Shown here piece after piece: positions 17,124-27,300 of a DNA stretch of 44,257 bases. A program made the position numbers and the translations under genes. Location of the stretch: contig JBAZSR010000003.1 of the NCBI GenBank assembly GCA_041662295.1, positions 13,470-57,726 on the forward strand, in the 5' to 3' direction. The notes under the pieces are model-generated. The model had not been told where the DNA came from, did no database searches, and saw nothing but the letters and a program-made list of their open reading frames with translations. How positions within the stretch are numbered: the stretch's first letter is position 1; every line of letters starts with the position of its first letter. This DNA comes from Elusimicrobiota bacterium (GTDB lineage: Bacteria; Elusimicrobiota; Elusimicrobia; UBA1565; UBA9628).

Positions 17124-18479
17124 TTAGGGAGCGCGCTTCTCGAGCACCATGGCGCCGCCCATGCCGCCGCCGGCGCAGGCCGCGATCATGCCGTAGCGGG
17201 CTTTGGGGTCGGCTTTGAGCGCGGCGAGGAGGTTGAGCAGGAGGCGGGCTCCGGTGGCGCCCAGGGGGTGGCCGAGCGCGATGGAGCCGCCGTTGCGGTT
17301 GAGCTTGCCTTCGCGGAACTTGGTCTCCCAGTCGCAGGCGAAGCGCTCCTTGCCGACCTTGAAGATGCCCAGGACCGTGGCCGCGAAGGGCTCGTGGAGC
17401 TCCACGCAGTCGAGCTGGTCGAAGCCGACTCCGGCGCGTCCGAGGGCCAGGGGCGCGGCGAGAGCGGGGGAGAGGCCCATGTAGGCCGGGTTGTTGCCGT
17501 GGAAGCCCCAACCCTTGATCTCGGCCAGGATCGGGAGCTTGAGGGCCGCGGCCTTCTCCTCCGTGGCCACGACGAGGCAGGCGGCGCCGTCGGAGCGGCC
17601 GCAGGAGTTGAAGAGCGTGACCGAGCCCTTGGTGACGCCTTCCTGGAAGGACGCGCCCTCGATGAGGCTTCCGAAGTCCTCGTAGAACTTCTTGATGGGG
17701 TAGGAGGAGTTGTCGAACAGGGCCGGAGCCTTGGCGAACATCTGCGGCTTGGCGATGAGGTCTTCCCGGAGGAAGGGGTATTCGTCCTTGTCGAGGACAG
17801 CGCCGCCTTCGAGCGTGAAGGGCACGACGTGCTCGGCGTAGAACCCGGCGCTCCAGGCCTCCACGGAGCGGCGGAAGCTCTCGTGCGCGTACTTGTCCTG
17901 CTCGATGCGGCCGATGCCGAGCATCTGGGCGCAGACCTCGGCCGTGGCGGCCATGTTGATCTTCTTGACCGGGTCGGTGAGGCCTTCCTCCATGGAGTCC
18001 ACCACGCGGACCTGGGAGCTCTCCAGCAGGCCGGCCCACTTGGCCTTGACCACGTCGAGACTGCGCAGTTCCTTGGCGCTCCGGCTGCCCTCGATGGTGA
18101 AGGGCATCCGGGACATGCACTCCGTGCCGCCCGCGAGGTAGAGCTCCCCCTCGCCCGCGAGGATGGCGCGGCAGGCCGCGGCCACGGCCTCGATGGAGGA
18201 GACGCAGTTGTTCTGCACCGTGACGGCCTGGACTTTGTCAGGCAGTCCGGTCCGCAGGGCCGTCACGCGCGCGAGGTTGGGCGCGGAGAAGGATTGGCCG
18301 ACCCAGCCCGCGATGAGGCCGTCGACGGCTTCCTTGGCCAATCCCGCGGCTTTGACCGCGGACTCCACGGCCGCGGCCATGAGGTCCTCGGGCTTGACCC
18401 CGGAGAGGGACCTGGAGATGTGGCCGATGGGGGTGCGGCGGCCTCCGCACAGCACGATCTTCCTGGCTTGGGCGAACAT
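17124..18479 (-). CDS. Thiolase-family acetyl-CoA acyltransferase (long form, ~451 aa)
   Basis: VQNNCVSSIEAV (nucleophile Cys), LHEPFAA, GHPLGATGARLL, AACAGGGMGGAMVLE. ATG 18479 preferred over TTG 18494. Confidence 0.85.
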   Translation of the reverse strand: MFAQARKIVLCGGRRTPIGHISRSLSGVKPEDLMAAAVESAVKAAGLAKEAVDGLIAGWVGQSFSAPNLARVTALRTGLPDKVQAVTVQNNCVSSIEAVAAACRAILAGEGELYLAGGTECMSRMPFTIEGSRSAKELRSLDVVKAKWAGLLESSQVRVVDSMEEGLTDPVKKINMAATAEVCAQMLGIGRIEQDKYAHESFRRSVEAWSAGFYAEHVVPFTLEGGAVLDKDEYPFLREDLIAKPQMFAKAPALFDNSSYPIKKFYEDFGSLIEGASFQEGVTKGSVTLFNSCGRSDGAACLVVATEEKAAALKLPILAEIKGWGFHGNNPAYMGLSPALAAPLALGRAGVGFDQLDCVELHEPFAATVLGIFKVGKERFACDWETKFREGKLNRNGGSIALGHPLGATGARLLLNLLAALKADPKARYGMIAACAGGGMGGAMVLEKRAP

Positions 18480-18496
18480 GGCGATATTATACAATG

Positions 18497-18561
18497 GGTG
18501 TCACACCTCAACTTACGGAACTTATTCTTAGAATAAGTTCCGTAAGTTGAGGTGTGACACC
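18497..18561. repeat. 65-nt perfect palindrome (32-nt arms, 1-nt centre), copy 1
   Basis: GGTGTCACACCTCAACTTACGGAACTTATTCT-t-AGAATAAGTTCCGTAAGTTGAGGTGTGACACC. Lies between the divergent starts of the thiolase (18479) and the hypothetical gene (18562). Confidence 0.95.
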
Positions 18562-19356
18562 ATGCGTTACAGCGTTCTCCTGCGCGGTCCCGAACTCCCG
18601 GAACCGGCTCAGTTGGCCCCGGTCCTGGCCAAACAGCGCAAGCTCCCTCTCTATGAGGCGGCCAAGCTGGGTCGGGATGCTTGGGGCATCATTGCCGAGG
18701 ATCTCGAGGAGGAGTCTGCCAAGGCCCTGGTTGCGGGGCTCGAGGCAGGGGGCTTCCCGGGCGTGGTCCTTCCCGGCAATCTGGTCGAAGAACTGCCTGC
18801 CCCCGTGCCTGTCGCGGCCATGGAGTTCGAGGCGGACGGGTTGGGCCTGGTCGACAAGGCAGGGGGGCGGACCTTGGTGCTGTGGAGCCGCCTGGCCATC
18901 CTGGCCGCGGCCTGCTTCAAGGAGGTCACCGCCAAGAGGATCAAGACATCGTCCGGTCCGAGCCTCATCCAGAAAGCCGCGACCTTGGGCCTCATGGCGG
19001 CCGGCATCCCCTTCCGCGTCGGCGGCAAGAAGGCAGAGACCGAGAAGGTCGTGGAGACCTCGGAGCTCGTCTATCATCTCGACCTCTACGAGCGCAAGCC
19101 GTGCCGCCGCTTCCGGGTGGACGCCCAGGAGTTCAACTACGCCTGCCTGGGCGTGCGCATGACCTACGCTGCCACGGACAACTTCCGCTCCCTGGTGGAG
19201 ATGATCTTCTCCAACGCGGGCAGGGCCGCGCTCAACCGGGGCAGCCGGGTCCTGCTCAAGAACGCGCCTGTTTCCGCCATGGGCTACGACAGCCTGGCAA
19301 ACCTCGATAGGGAGGGGCGCTGGCTCCTCACCCTGGGAGCGCTCCGCGACCCATGA
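18562..19356 (+). CDS. Hypothetical protein (264 aa), translationally coupled to the following membrane protein
   Basis: ATG 18562 (MRYSVLLRG...). GAGGTG SD lies inside the right arm of the palindrome. Stop overlaps the next start (ATGA). Confidence 0.6.
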   Translation: MRYSVLLRGPELPEPAQLAPVLAKQRKLPLYEAAKLGRDAWGIIAEDLEEESAKALVAGLEAGGFPGVVLPGNLVEELPAPVPVAAMEFEADGLGLVDKAGGRTLVLWSRLAILAAACFKEVTAKRIKTSSGPSLIQKAATLGLMAAGIPFRVGGKKAETEKVVETSELVYHLDLYERKPCRRFRVDAQEFNYACLGVRMTYAATDNFRSLVEMIFSNAGRAALNRGSRVLLKNAPVSAMGYDSLANLDREGRWLLTLGALRDP

Positions 19357-20846
19357 AGGGCCGTTGGGCTCTCTGGGGGCCTGCTCTGGTCCTGGCGCTC
19401 CTGAACCTGGTCTCGTTCGGCCTGGACGCGGGGGGCATGGGCTTCTACCTCGACGACTGGTCCCTGGCCGAGCCTGGTTGGCGCGCGGCCGACCAGAGCC
19501 TCTGGGGCATGATGAAGGAGTTCTACAACGCCGGGCTCGCCTTCAACACCTCCTGGCTCCTGCGGCCCATGGACATCGTCTACCACCCCGGGCTGTACTG
19601 GCTGGCCGGGCTCTCCTTCTGGAAGTACCAGCTCGCCTACCGCGTCATGGAGACCGCCTCCAGCGTGTTCCTTTTCCTGGCGTTCCTCAAGGCCACGGGC
19701 CGGCCCGGTCTGGCCTTCCTGACCGCGGCCCTGTTCACCGTGTTCCCGAACCACGGCGCGACCCGGCACTGGTTCACGGCCGCGGTCACTCCTGCCATGG
19801 CGTTGGCTTCAGCCGGGTTGTGGTGCTGGGTTTGCTGGCTGGACAAGGGGCGCGCGGCGTTCCTGGCCGCAAGCCTGATTCTGCTGGCGGCCGGGTCGCT
19901 CACGTACGAGGCCGTCCTGCCGGCGGCCGTGCTCATGCCTTTTTTAAGCTACTGGCACGGGCTGAGGCAGGGGTTGAGCTCGGAGGGGGCCCGGGCCAAG
20001 GCGGTCCGAGACAGCCTGTGGCCGGGACTCTGCGTCGCTGCCCTGGCCGCCTACCACGTGGGCATCCAGCATCTGGGGCCAGCCACCATCTCGCGCAAGA
20101 TGTCCTTCGATCCGGGCTTCAGCCTCAAGGCCCTGGGCCGGGGCTTCGAGTGCAACACCACCGCCGTCCTCCACCTGTGCTGGGTCTTCACGCTCAGCGG
20201 GCTCAAGGAGCTCGAATGGTGGCGCTGGCCCCTGGCCGCTCTTGTCGGCGCGCTCCTGGCCCGGTGGATGAGCAGGGCGTACCCGGACGAACCCGGGCCT
20301 GTGGGCAGCCGCTCCTGGCTCGTCGCCAGCGGCGTCCTGTTCGTCGGAGCGTACGCGCCTTATGCGCTCTCCGCCGACCGGTACATCCCGCACATCTTCG
20401 ACCCGCAGAACAGGCTCAATGTCCCGCCTTCGTTGGCCGCTGTCATGGCCCTGGGCTTTGGTCTGACGGCGCTCCCGGGCCGGGCCAGGACCTGGGTCCT
20501 GGCAGGGCTCGTCGCGGTCTTCACGGTCGTCAACTGGGAGAACGCCCGTCAGTGGAAGGAGGCGTATCGGCTGCAGGTCTCGGTCCTGACCGGCCTCAAG
20601 AGAAACGTTGATGCCCTTCCGCCGGGTCCGGCAGCCATCTTCTTGGAAGGCGCCCCTGCGGAGTATAAGACCGTGCCTGTGTTCAACGAGACCTTCACTT
20701 TCGACTCCGCCCTGAGGCTGTTCACGGGAAGGCGCGACCTCAAGGGGAGCATCATGGTCGGAGGCCGGGCCGAGCGGTCCTACCCGGAGATCAAGGCGCG
20801 ATACCGATACCGGCATCCCGAGGGCGTTTTTACTGCCGAGCCTTGA
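19353..20846 (+). CDS. Polytopic membrane protein, possible GT-C-fold glycosyltransferase
   Basis: 497 aa with many hydrophobic helices. Acidic YLDDW motif in the first predicted loop, as in GT-C enzymes. Family assignment is tentative. Confidence 0.55.
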   Translation: MKGRWALWGPALVLALLNLVSFGLDAGGMGFYLDDWSLAEPGWRAADQSLWGMMKEFYNAGLAFNTSWLLRPMDIVYHPGLYWLAGLSFWKYQLAYRVMETASSVFLFLAFLKATGRPGLAFLTAALFTVFPNHGATRHWFTAAVTPAMALASAGLWCWVCWLDKGRAAFLAASLILLAAGSLTYEAVLPAAVLMPFLSYWHGLRQGLSSEGARAKAVRDSLWPGLCVAALAAYHVGIQHLGPATISRKMSFDPGFSLKALGRGFECNTTAVLHLCWVFTLSGLKELEWWRWPLAALVGALLARWMSRAYPDEPGPVGSRSWLVASGVLFVGAYAPYALSADRYIPHIFDPQNRLNVPPSLAAVMALGFGLTALPGRARTWVLAGLVAVFTVVNWENARQWKEAYRLQVSVLTGLKRNVDALPPGPAAIFLEGAPAEYKTVPVFNETFTFDSALRLFTGRRDLKGSIMVGGRAERSYPEIKARYRYRHPEGVFTAEP

Positions 20847-22398
20847 CCGCGTCACTGCCCGCGCCCGCTGTTGCTGGTGCGGGCGTGCCGCTTCCGTTCG
20901 GAATGGGGAGCGGCCCTGGCTTGGCGCCCGGCGTGACCCGGAAGATAAGCATGCCGTCCTTGTCGTAGACCACCGGGTACCTGGAGTAGAAATACTTGTG
21001 GAAGAAGTTCCCCGGGTCCAGATATTCCTGGTTCTTGTCCGTCATGTAGAACTTGGCGCCGCGCTGGATCCTGTCCTCCACCTCGTTGATGCGGCCCTCG
21101 CCGGCCATGGACACGGACCAGGCCCAGCCGCGTCGGTTCAGGAAATACAGGTAGACCGAAGGTCCCCAGCTGTTGCAGAAGAAAAGGTCTTCGCGGCCGC
21201 TCACGCTGTCAGCTGCCTGTTCCGCGGCGGCCAGGAAGGGAAAGTCCAGTTTGTACCAGTGCTTGATCCTGAAGGCCGCGTGCAGGGGGACCGACAGGAC
21301 CAGAAGGCAGATGCCGGCCCGCGCCCAGGCCTTGGCCGTCCCGGTCAGCATCTCGGTCTTGAGCCTGAGGAACGCTAGGCCCAGGCCCATGAACGCCGCG
21401 TTGACAGGCGCGAAGGGCAGCGAGGTGTACTCGTGCTGGAAGGTGTAGTAGCCGCCCAAGGCCAGGTGCACGGCTACGGCCAGCCACCACAGGGGCAGGA
21501 GCAGGCCGGAGCCTGAGCGGCACCATTCTCGGGCGCCCAGGGCCATGAGCGCGAGCCCGCCGTAGGTGGCGGCGAGCTCCGGGAAGCGCGACAGGAACTG
21601 GCGCTTGAGGTAGAGGGGCATCCCCTGGTAGTCCAGCAAGGCCAGGAAGTCCCTGCTGCTCGTGGGCACCACGTAGGCGCCTGTGCTCGCGTGCTTGTAC
21701 CAGGCCCAGACAAGGCCGCACGCCAGGCCAGCTGCGCCGAAACCCCTCCAGTCCCAAAGGGCCTTGCGGCCGAGCCTCTCCCAGCTCAGGACCAGGAGCA
21801 CGCCCAGGATGTAGGCGTACGGGAGCTTGGAGCCCACGGCGACCACGGTCCAGGCGGCCGCGGCCAGCCAGTGCCCCCAGGGCCTGCCCTCATCGAGCGA
21901 GCGGTCCCAGTGGAAGAGGGCTCCGATCGTGGCCAGGAGGGCTAGGGCCTCGGGCTGGACCGAGCGGCCGAAGTAGACTTCCAGGGGGATGAACGAGAAC
22001 AAGACCCCTGAATAGAACGCCGGCTCGAACCCCAGTCTCCGTTCGAGGAAGCGGAACAGGTAGACCGCGGTCAGGGCCGAGAACGCCGCGGCCAGGACCC
22101 TGCCCCAGATCTCCCCCAGGCCGGCCAGGGACCAGAAAAGGCCCACGAGCCACATATAGAGGGGGAACTCCGTGGCGGCGCAGCCCTGGTCGTCTCCCTC
22201 CCAGTCGATCTGCGGGCAGGAGAACCGCAGGCCGTTCTCGTGGTAGTTCCTGGCGATGGAGATGGTGTTGCTCTGTCGGTGGGAGTGGAAATCCCGTGTC
22301 GGGGCCGTGATGCCCTTGAGGTGGACGAGGCACGACGCAAGCAAGATGGCCGCAAGGGCCAGCCGGCGGGGCGGGAGGGTCTCCATGGGAGCCGGCAT
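20830..22398 (-). CDS. ArnT/PMT-like (GT39/GT83-type) GT-C membrane glycosyltransferase
   Basis: ORF 20830..23592 trimmed to ATG 22398 (MPAPMETLPPRRLALAAILLASCL...). Polytopic N-terminal ~400 aa plus a soluble C-terminal domain. 3' end overlaps the convergent gene by 17 nt. Confidence 0.65.
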   Translation of the reverse strand: MPAPMETLPPRRLALAAILLASCLVHLKGITAPTRDFHSHRQSNTISIARNYHENGLRFSCPQIDWEGDDQGCAATEFPLYMWLVGLFWSLAGLGEIWGRVLAAAFSALTAVYLFRFLERRLGFEPAFYSGVLFSFIPLEVYFGRSVQPEALALLATIGALFHWDRSLDEGRPWGHWLAAAAWTVVAVGSKLPYAYILGVLLVLSWERLGRKALWDWRGFGAAGLACGLVWAWYKHASTGAYVVPTSSRDFLALLDYQGMPLYLKRQFLSRFPELAATYGGLALMALGAREWCRSGSGLLLPLWWLAVAVHLALGGYYTFQHEYTSLPFAPVNAAFMGLGLAFLRLKTEMLTGTAKAWARAGICLLVLSVPLHAAFRIKHWYKLDFPFLAAAEQAADSVSGREDLFFCNSWGPSVYLYFLNRRGWAWSVSMAGEGRINEVEDRIQRGAKFYMTDKNQEYLDPGNFFHKYFYSRYPVVYDKDGMLIFRVTPGAKPGPLPIPNGSGTPAPATAGAGSDAVKARQ

Positions 22399-22431
22399 TA
22401 TACCAAGTCGTGTATAATAGGTTCCCCGACC

Positions 22432-23772
22432 ATGAAGAATCTCGTGTTCATCGCCGCCCACCTCGGCTACCCCATGGAGAAAACACCCTTGGGCGGAGGC
22501 GCCATGGTCGGGCTTCAGCTGGTCAGGCACTGGCCGCAAGATGGGAGCTTCAAGCTCGTGGTCCTTGGCTCCGGCCCCGAGGCCCCTGTGGGGGGCGTGG
22601 AATACGTCCAGCTCCCGGCGCCCGGGCCCCAGGCCGCGCCCATCAAGCTTTCGGAGATGGAATACGCGGCCTTCAGCCGGGACTTCGAGAGGAGCGCCAC
22701 GGAGTGGCTCCTTTCCCAGAAGGACCGCCTGCCCCCGGACCGGACCTGCGTCATGGTCAACGACGTGGCCGAGGGCCCGGATGTGGAGCGCATCAAGACT
22801 GCGGGCTACCCGCTGGCGTCCCTCTGGCATGTGGACGTGGTGGACTACTTCAACAAGCTCTACCTGCGCAGCATCGTCCGGCCCGAGCGGCTCACCATGC
22901 TCTACGAGCGCTCGCGCAGGCTCGGGATGCGCTGGGTCATCCCGGACATGCTCCAGATCGTGTTCGAGAAGCAGCGCAACACCGTGCACTTCTCCGACCT
23001 CATGATCATGCCCTCGAGCACCATGGCCGCGACCGTGGCCCGGTGCTACGGCTACCTTGGCAAAGACGAGGACGAGGTCAGGTCCCGCATCGCGGTCATA
23101 CCTTGGGGCATGTGGGAGCACGGGGTGCCGGAGTCGGCCTCGGATGAGGCTGCGGCAGCCTTGAGGAAGCACTACCAGGTCAAGCCCGAGACCGCGGTGC
23201 TCATGACCTTGAGCCGCATCGCGCCGGAGAAAGGCCTGCACCACCTCCTGAGGGCGCTCAAGGTGCTCGAGGACGACGGCCGCATCGCGGGCAGGGACGT
23301 CTGCCTCATCATGGCCGGCGAGCCCGCCTTCATGCAGGGCGCGGCCTATATGCGCCAGGTCCAGGCCGACGCCGCGGCCCTGAGGTCCGTGCGTGTCTTT
23401 TTCCCAGGGTATCTGGCGGCGCCCGAGAAGGCCGCCTTCTTCAAGATCGCGGACATCTTCGTCTCCCCGTCCGTGCACGAGAGCTACGGCTTGAACGTGG
23501 TCGAGGCCATGCAGGCCGGCATGGCCATCCTGGCCAGCGACCACTATGGCGTGCGCGACGTGGTGGACCCCTCGTTCGGCCGGGTCGTGCACTACCCCTC
23601 CCCGGCCAAGGCCCCGGAGCGGCTGGCCGGGGCGCTCATGGAGCTTCTCGAAGACCCGGAGCGCCTCCGCGAGATGGGACGCCAGGCCGCGGAAGCGGCC
23701 TCGCGCATGCCCTTCAAGGACGCGGCGGTCAAAGTCCTCGAGGCCGGCTTAGCCCTCGTCCGGGGGGGCTGA
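22432..23772 (+). CDS. GT4-family (GT-B fold) glycosyltransferase
   Basis: ORF 22240..23772 trimmed to ATG 22432 (MKNLVFIAAHLGY...). E-x7-E motif HESYGLNVVEAM; SRIAPEKG. Confidence 0.8.
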   Translation: MKNLVFIAAHLGYPMEKTPLGGGAMVGLQLVRHWPQDGSFKLVVLGSGPEAPVGGVEYVQLPAPGPQAAPIKLSEMEYAAFSRDFERSATEWLLSQKDRLPPDRTCVMVNDVAEGPDVERIKTAGYPLASLWHVDVVDYFNKLYLRSIVRPERLTMLYERSRRLGMRWVIPDMLQIVFEKQRNTVHFSDLMIMPSSTMAATVARCYGYLGKDEDEVRSRIAVIPWGMWEHGVPESASDEAAAALRKHYQVKPETAVLMTLSRIAPEKGLHHLLRALKVLEDDGRIAGRDVCLIMAGEPAFMQGAAYMRQVQADAAALRSVRVFFPGYLAAPEKAAFFKIADIFVSPSVHESYGLNVVEAMQAGMAILASDHYGVRDVVDPSFGRVVHYPSPAKAPERLAGALMELLEDPERLREMGRQAAEAASRMPFKDAAVKVLEAGLALVRGG

Positions 23773-24326
23773 TGGCGTTCTCGGTCCCCAAGGCGCTCAA
23801 AGCCGGAGCCTTGAGGCTCCGCTGTCTCGAGGCCCAGGATACACCCGCGCTCTTCGAAGCCGTCGCGTGCTCGCGGCCAGAGCTTCGGCGCCGCCTGCGA
23901 TGGGTGGATTCCGTCCAGACCCCGGAGGATTGCGCTGGTTTCATCGCCCGGAGCCGGCCCGCGCCTGAGATGACTGAGTTCGTGGTCGGCGTGTTCGAGG
24001 GGAAAGGACGGCTCGCCGGGGTCGCCGCGCTCCAGAACCCGGCCGAGGACGGGGCGGTGGCCGAGTTCTCGGTCTGGATCCGGGCTGACAAGCGGCGGCG
24101 CGGCAAGGCCTTTGCCGCTGGCAAGGCCTTCATCACCCATTTCTTCAGGAAGGCGGGAGTGCGCCGGCTCTACGTCAGGCTCGAACCCGCCAACCCCGAG
24201 GCCCGGGGCCTTGTGCGCAAGCTCGGCTTCAAGTACGAGGGCCGCCTGAGGCGCGAGAAGCGCTTGAACGGGCGGTGGGTGGACCAAGAATGCTGGGGAT
24301 TGCTGCGTGAAGAGTGGCGGGGGTAG
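23772..24326 (+). CDS. GNAT-family N-acetyltransferase (RimJ/RimL-like)
   Basis: 184 aa. Acetyl-CoA loop RRRGKAFAAGKA; ...LGFKYEGRLRRE.. tail typical of RimJ/L-type GNATs. Start overlaps the previous stop by 1 nt. Confidence 0.75.
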   Translation: MAFSVPKALKAGALRLRCLEAQDTPALFEAVACSRPELRRRLRWVDSVQTPEDCAGFIARSRPAPEMTEFVVGVFEGKGRLAGVAALQNPAEDGAVAEFSVWIRADKRRRGKAFAAGKAFITHFFRKAGVRRLYVRLEPANPEARGLVRKLGFKYEGRLRREKRLNGRWVDQECWGLLREEWRG

Positions 24327-24345
24327 CCTGCCGGGAGGATCGGTG

Positions 24346-27300
24346 ATGCGGACCGTGGTTTTCGCGCTCCTTTGGCCGCTGCTCTGCGCAGCTGCTCCGC
24401 TCGCTGGCGCAGCCTCTCCCAGGGATCAGGTCCTCGGCAGGCTCGCAGAGGCCGAAGCAGTCTCCAAGCTGCCCAGGGCCGACCGGGAGAGGCTCGCCAA
24501 GGAGCGGGGCGCCAGCCTCGCCGAGGTCGACCTCGACCTTCAGCGCAAATCCGTGCGTCTTTGCGAGGAGGCGGCGGCCCTGGCTCGCAAGACAGGCGAC
24601 CGCGGGCTCCTGGGCCGGGCCTTGGAGAAGCTGGGCCTGCGCACCTACTGGGACGCGACCCAGCCGGCCAAGGCTGCGGCTCTGGCCGAAGAGGCGCTGG
24701 ACTCCTATCGCGTGGCCAAGGACACGGAAGGCGCCCAGCGGGTGCTGATGAGCCTTCCGAAGATCCTGATGATCACCAGGGATTTCCGCAAGGCCGTCCG
24801 ATACGGCGAGGAGGCCTACGCCAGCGACGCGGCGGCCGCGAAGGAGGGCGCCAGGACGGCCCTCCACCTCGACCTCGGGAACGCCTATCTCGGCCAGGGC
24901 GACCTGCCCAAGGCCCAGGAGCACTTCGAGCGTCTGCTGGCGGACCTCAGGGAGCGCGGCTGGTGGAAGGGGTCCATTCCGGACATCCTCAAGCAGCTCG
25001 CCGACATCCGTCTTCGGTCGGGGGACCTGCGCGGTGCCGCCGGCTTCCTGGAGCAGGTCCGTTACGACACGGACGGCAAGAATGAGAAGGCCAGGATCCA
25101 GAGCCGCTACAACCAGGGCCTTGTCGACAGCAGGTTGGGGGAGCTCTACCTCGACCTCCGGGATTACCGCAAGGCCCTGGAATACGCGGAAAAGTTCGAC
25201 AAGTACACGAAGCCCTTGAAGCTGGCCCGCGTCTATTCCCGCCTTGGCGAATACGGGAAGGCCGTCGCCTCGGTGACGGAGTTCGACTCCTGGATACGGG
25301 ACCAGTTCAAGCTCTTCGGCGAAGCCAAGGCCAAGGAGATGTTCGACGCCAAGTATCTGGTCGAGAACTCCCTGAGCCTCGGCCAGCTCTTCGCCGAGCT
25401 CGGCGACTACCAGAAGGCCGCCGCCTACCATGAGGAGGCTGTCCGCTTCGCCCGGGGGAGCCAATGGGCCGGAGAGGGCATGACCAAGGCGTACCGCGGC
25501 CTCGGGAGCATCCATTACGAGGCCGGCGCTTTCGACAAGGCGCGCGAGTTCCTCGGGAAGGCGCTCAAGGCCGAGGGACTGCTGGGACTGCCGACGAGGG
25601 AGACCGAGCTGCGCATCGCCGACGCCATGCTCGCCCAGGGCCGGCTTCCTGCCGCTGAAGCGGCCTACAGGAAGTTCGACGATTCCCTCGGCCTGGGCAG
25701 GCTCCTGCTGGAGAAGAGGGACTTCGCCGCGGCACGCGCGGCCTTCGAGCGGGCCCTTCGGTCCGCGGAGGGCACGCGCGAGGCCCGTGCCCTCTTCGCC
25801 GCGAACGTGGGCCTGGGCCACGCTGTAGCGGGCCTCAAGGACTTCCCTGCGGCCGCGGCGAGCTATCGCAAAGCGCTCGAGCTCAGCGAGACCCAGCGCG
25901 AGGGCCTTGGTCCAGCGGAGCGGGCGCTCTTCTTCTCCGCCAAGGTCTCGGGATTCGGCCGGACCGAGCCATACGAGGGCCTGGCGCGCTGTCTCGCGGC
26001 GCAGGGAGACGCAGCCGGGGCCTTCTACTGGTCGGAGAGCCTCAAGGGGAGACTGCTGGCCGAGGCCATCGCCCAGGCAGGGAAGGGCTCCGGCTTCTCC
26101 CTTCCCGCCGAGCTGGCGGCGCAGCAGGAGTCCCTGGAGTCGAGGATCCGCGGCCTGCGCACCGAGATGGAGGCGCTTTTCCGCGGCGGCCAGATGGAGC
26201 TCCATGGCCTGCGCGAGTCCGAGCTCAGGGAGGCGAAGGGGGAACTTGATCGGTTCGTCTCCGGCCTGCGGAAGACCCACCCCGAGTACGCCGCCATCCG
26301 CTACCCCGCGCCGCTGCGGCCCGGGGAGGTCAAGCTCTCGAACCGCGAGGTCCTGCTCGCCTTTGAGATGACGGACGACAAGTCCTTCCTGTTCGTCCTG
26401 GAGGGCGCCAGCATGACCTTGCGGGCGCGGGAGCTCCCCCTGCCGGGCCGGGAGGTCGAGCGCCTGGTGCTCCGCTACCGGGACTCCTTCGAGGGTGTGG
26501 CTTCAGCGGCAGACCTCCTGCGGTTCAAGGCCAAGGAAGGGCAGCGGCTCCATGAGATCCTCTTTGGAGACGTCCTTAAGAGCCTTCCCCGGGACGCCTC
26601 GGTCATCATCGTCCCGGACGAGACGCTCGGCCTGCTCCCCTTCGAGTCGCTCCCCGTCACCCTGCCGGAGGTGGAGAAGGCGGGCGACGGCGAGCATGGA
26701 CCCTTCCCGATCGGGATCAGCTACGTCGGCGACCTCTTCCCGGTGAGCTACGCCCAATCGGCCGCGTCGTTGACCTTCCTGCGCTCTTTGGCCAAGGCCG
26801 TTCCGGCCGGCTCCGGGGCTCTGGCCGTGGTCGATCCGGTGTTCTCTCTTGCGGATGCCAGGGCCGCGTCCGCGCCGAAGGCCGAAAATGAGCCGATGCG
26901 CTTGATGGGAGTCATACGCGGTTGGGAGCGCATGGGCGCGGCCGGCACGCGTCAACGGGGTGCTGCTCGTCCTGCGGGGTCAGCGCCGGAACCGGCAGGG
27001 GAGGAAGTCTTCCCGCGTCTTGCCAAGACAGCGGAGATCGGCGCGGAGTTCCGCAGGCTCTTCGGCGGCGCAGCCACCGTGCTCGAGGGTGCTGAGGCGG
27101 CCGAGGACCGCGTCGCGTCCTTCCCGTTCTCGGACCAGAGGTACGTCGTCTTCGGCACGCACGGCATCCTCGACAACGACATCCCCTACATCAGGGAACC
27201 TGCCCTCGTGCTCGCCCAGGCCGGGAACCCGGCCGGCAAGGACGGGTTCCTGACCATGTCCGAGGTGATGGGGCTCAAGATCCCCGCGGAGGTCGTGGCC

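Noticed and set aside
22411-22418. TGTATAAT in the 33-nt gap between the divergent GT39-like and GT4 genes, considered as an extended -10 promoter
   Set aside because: Plausible, but no -35 can be placed because it would fall inside the opposite gene's start region. The TG is directly adjacent rather than one base away. Too weak to list as a feature.
22399-23592. 398-aa N-terminal extension of ORF 20830..23592
   Set aside because: It is antisense to the GT4 glycosyltransferase. The membrane protein begins at ATG 22398, where hydrophobic segments start.
24229-26280. 683-aa minus-strand ORF
   Set aside because: Antisense to the TPR-CHAT gene; low-complexity translation.
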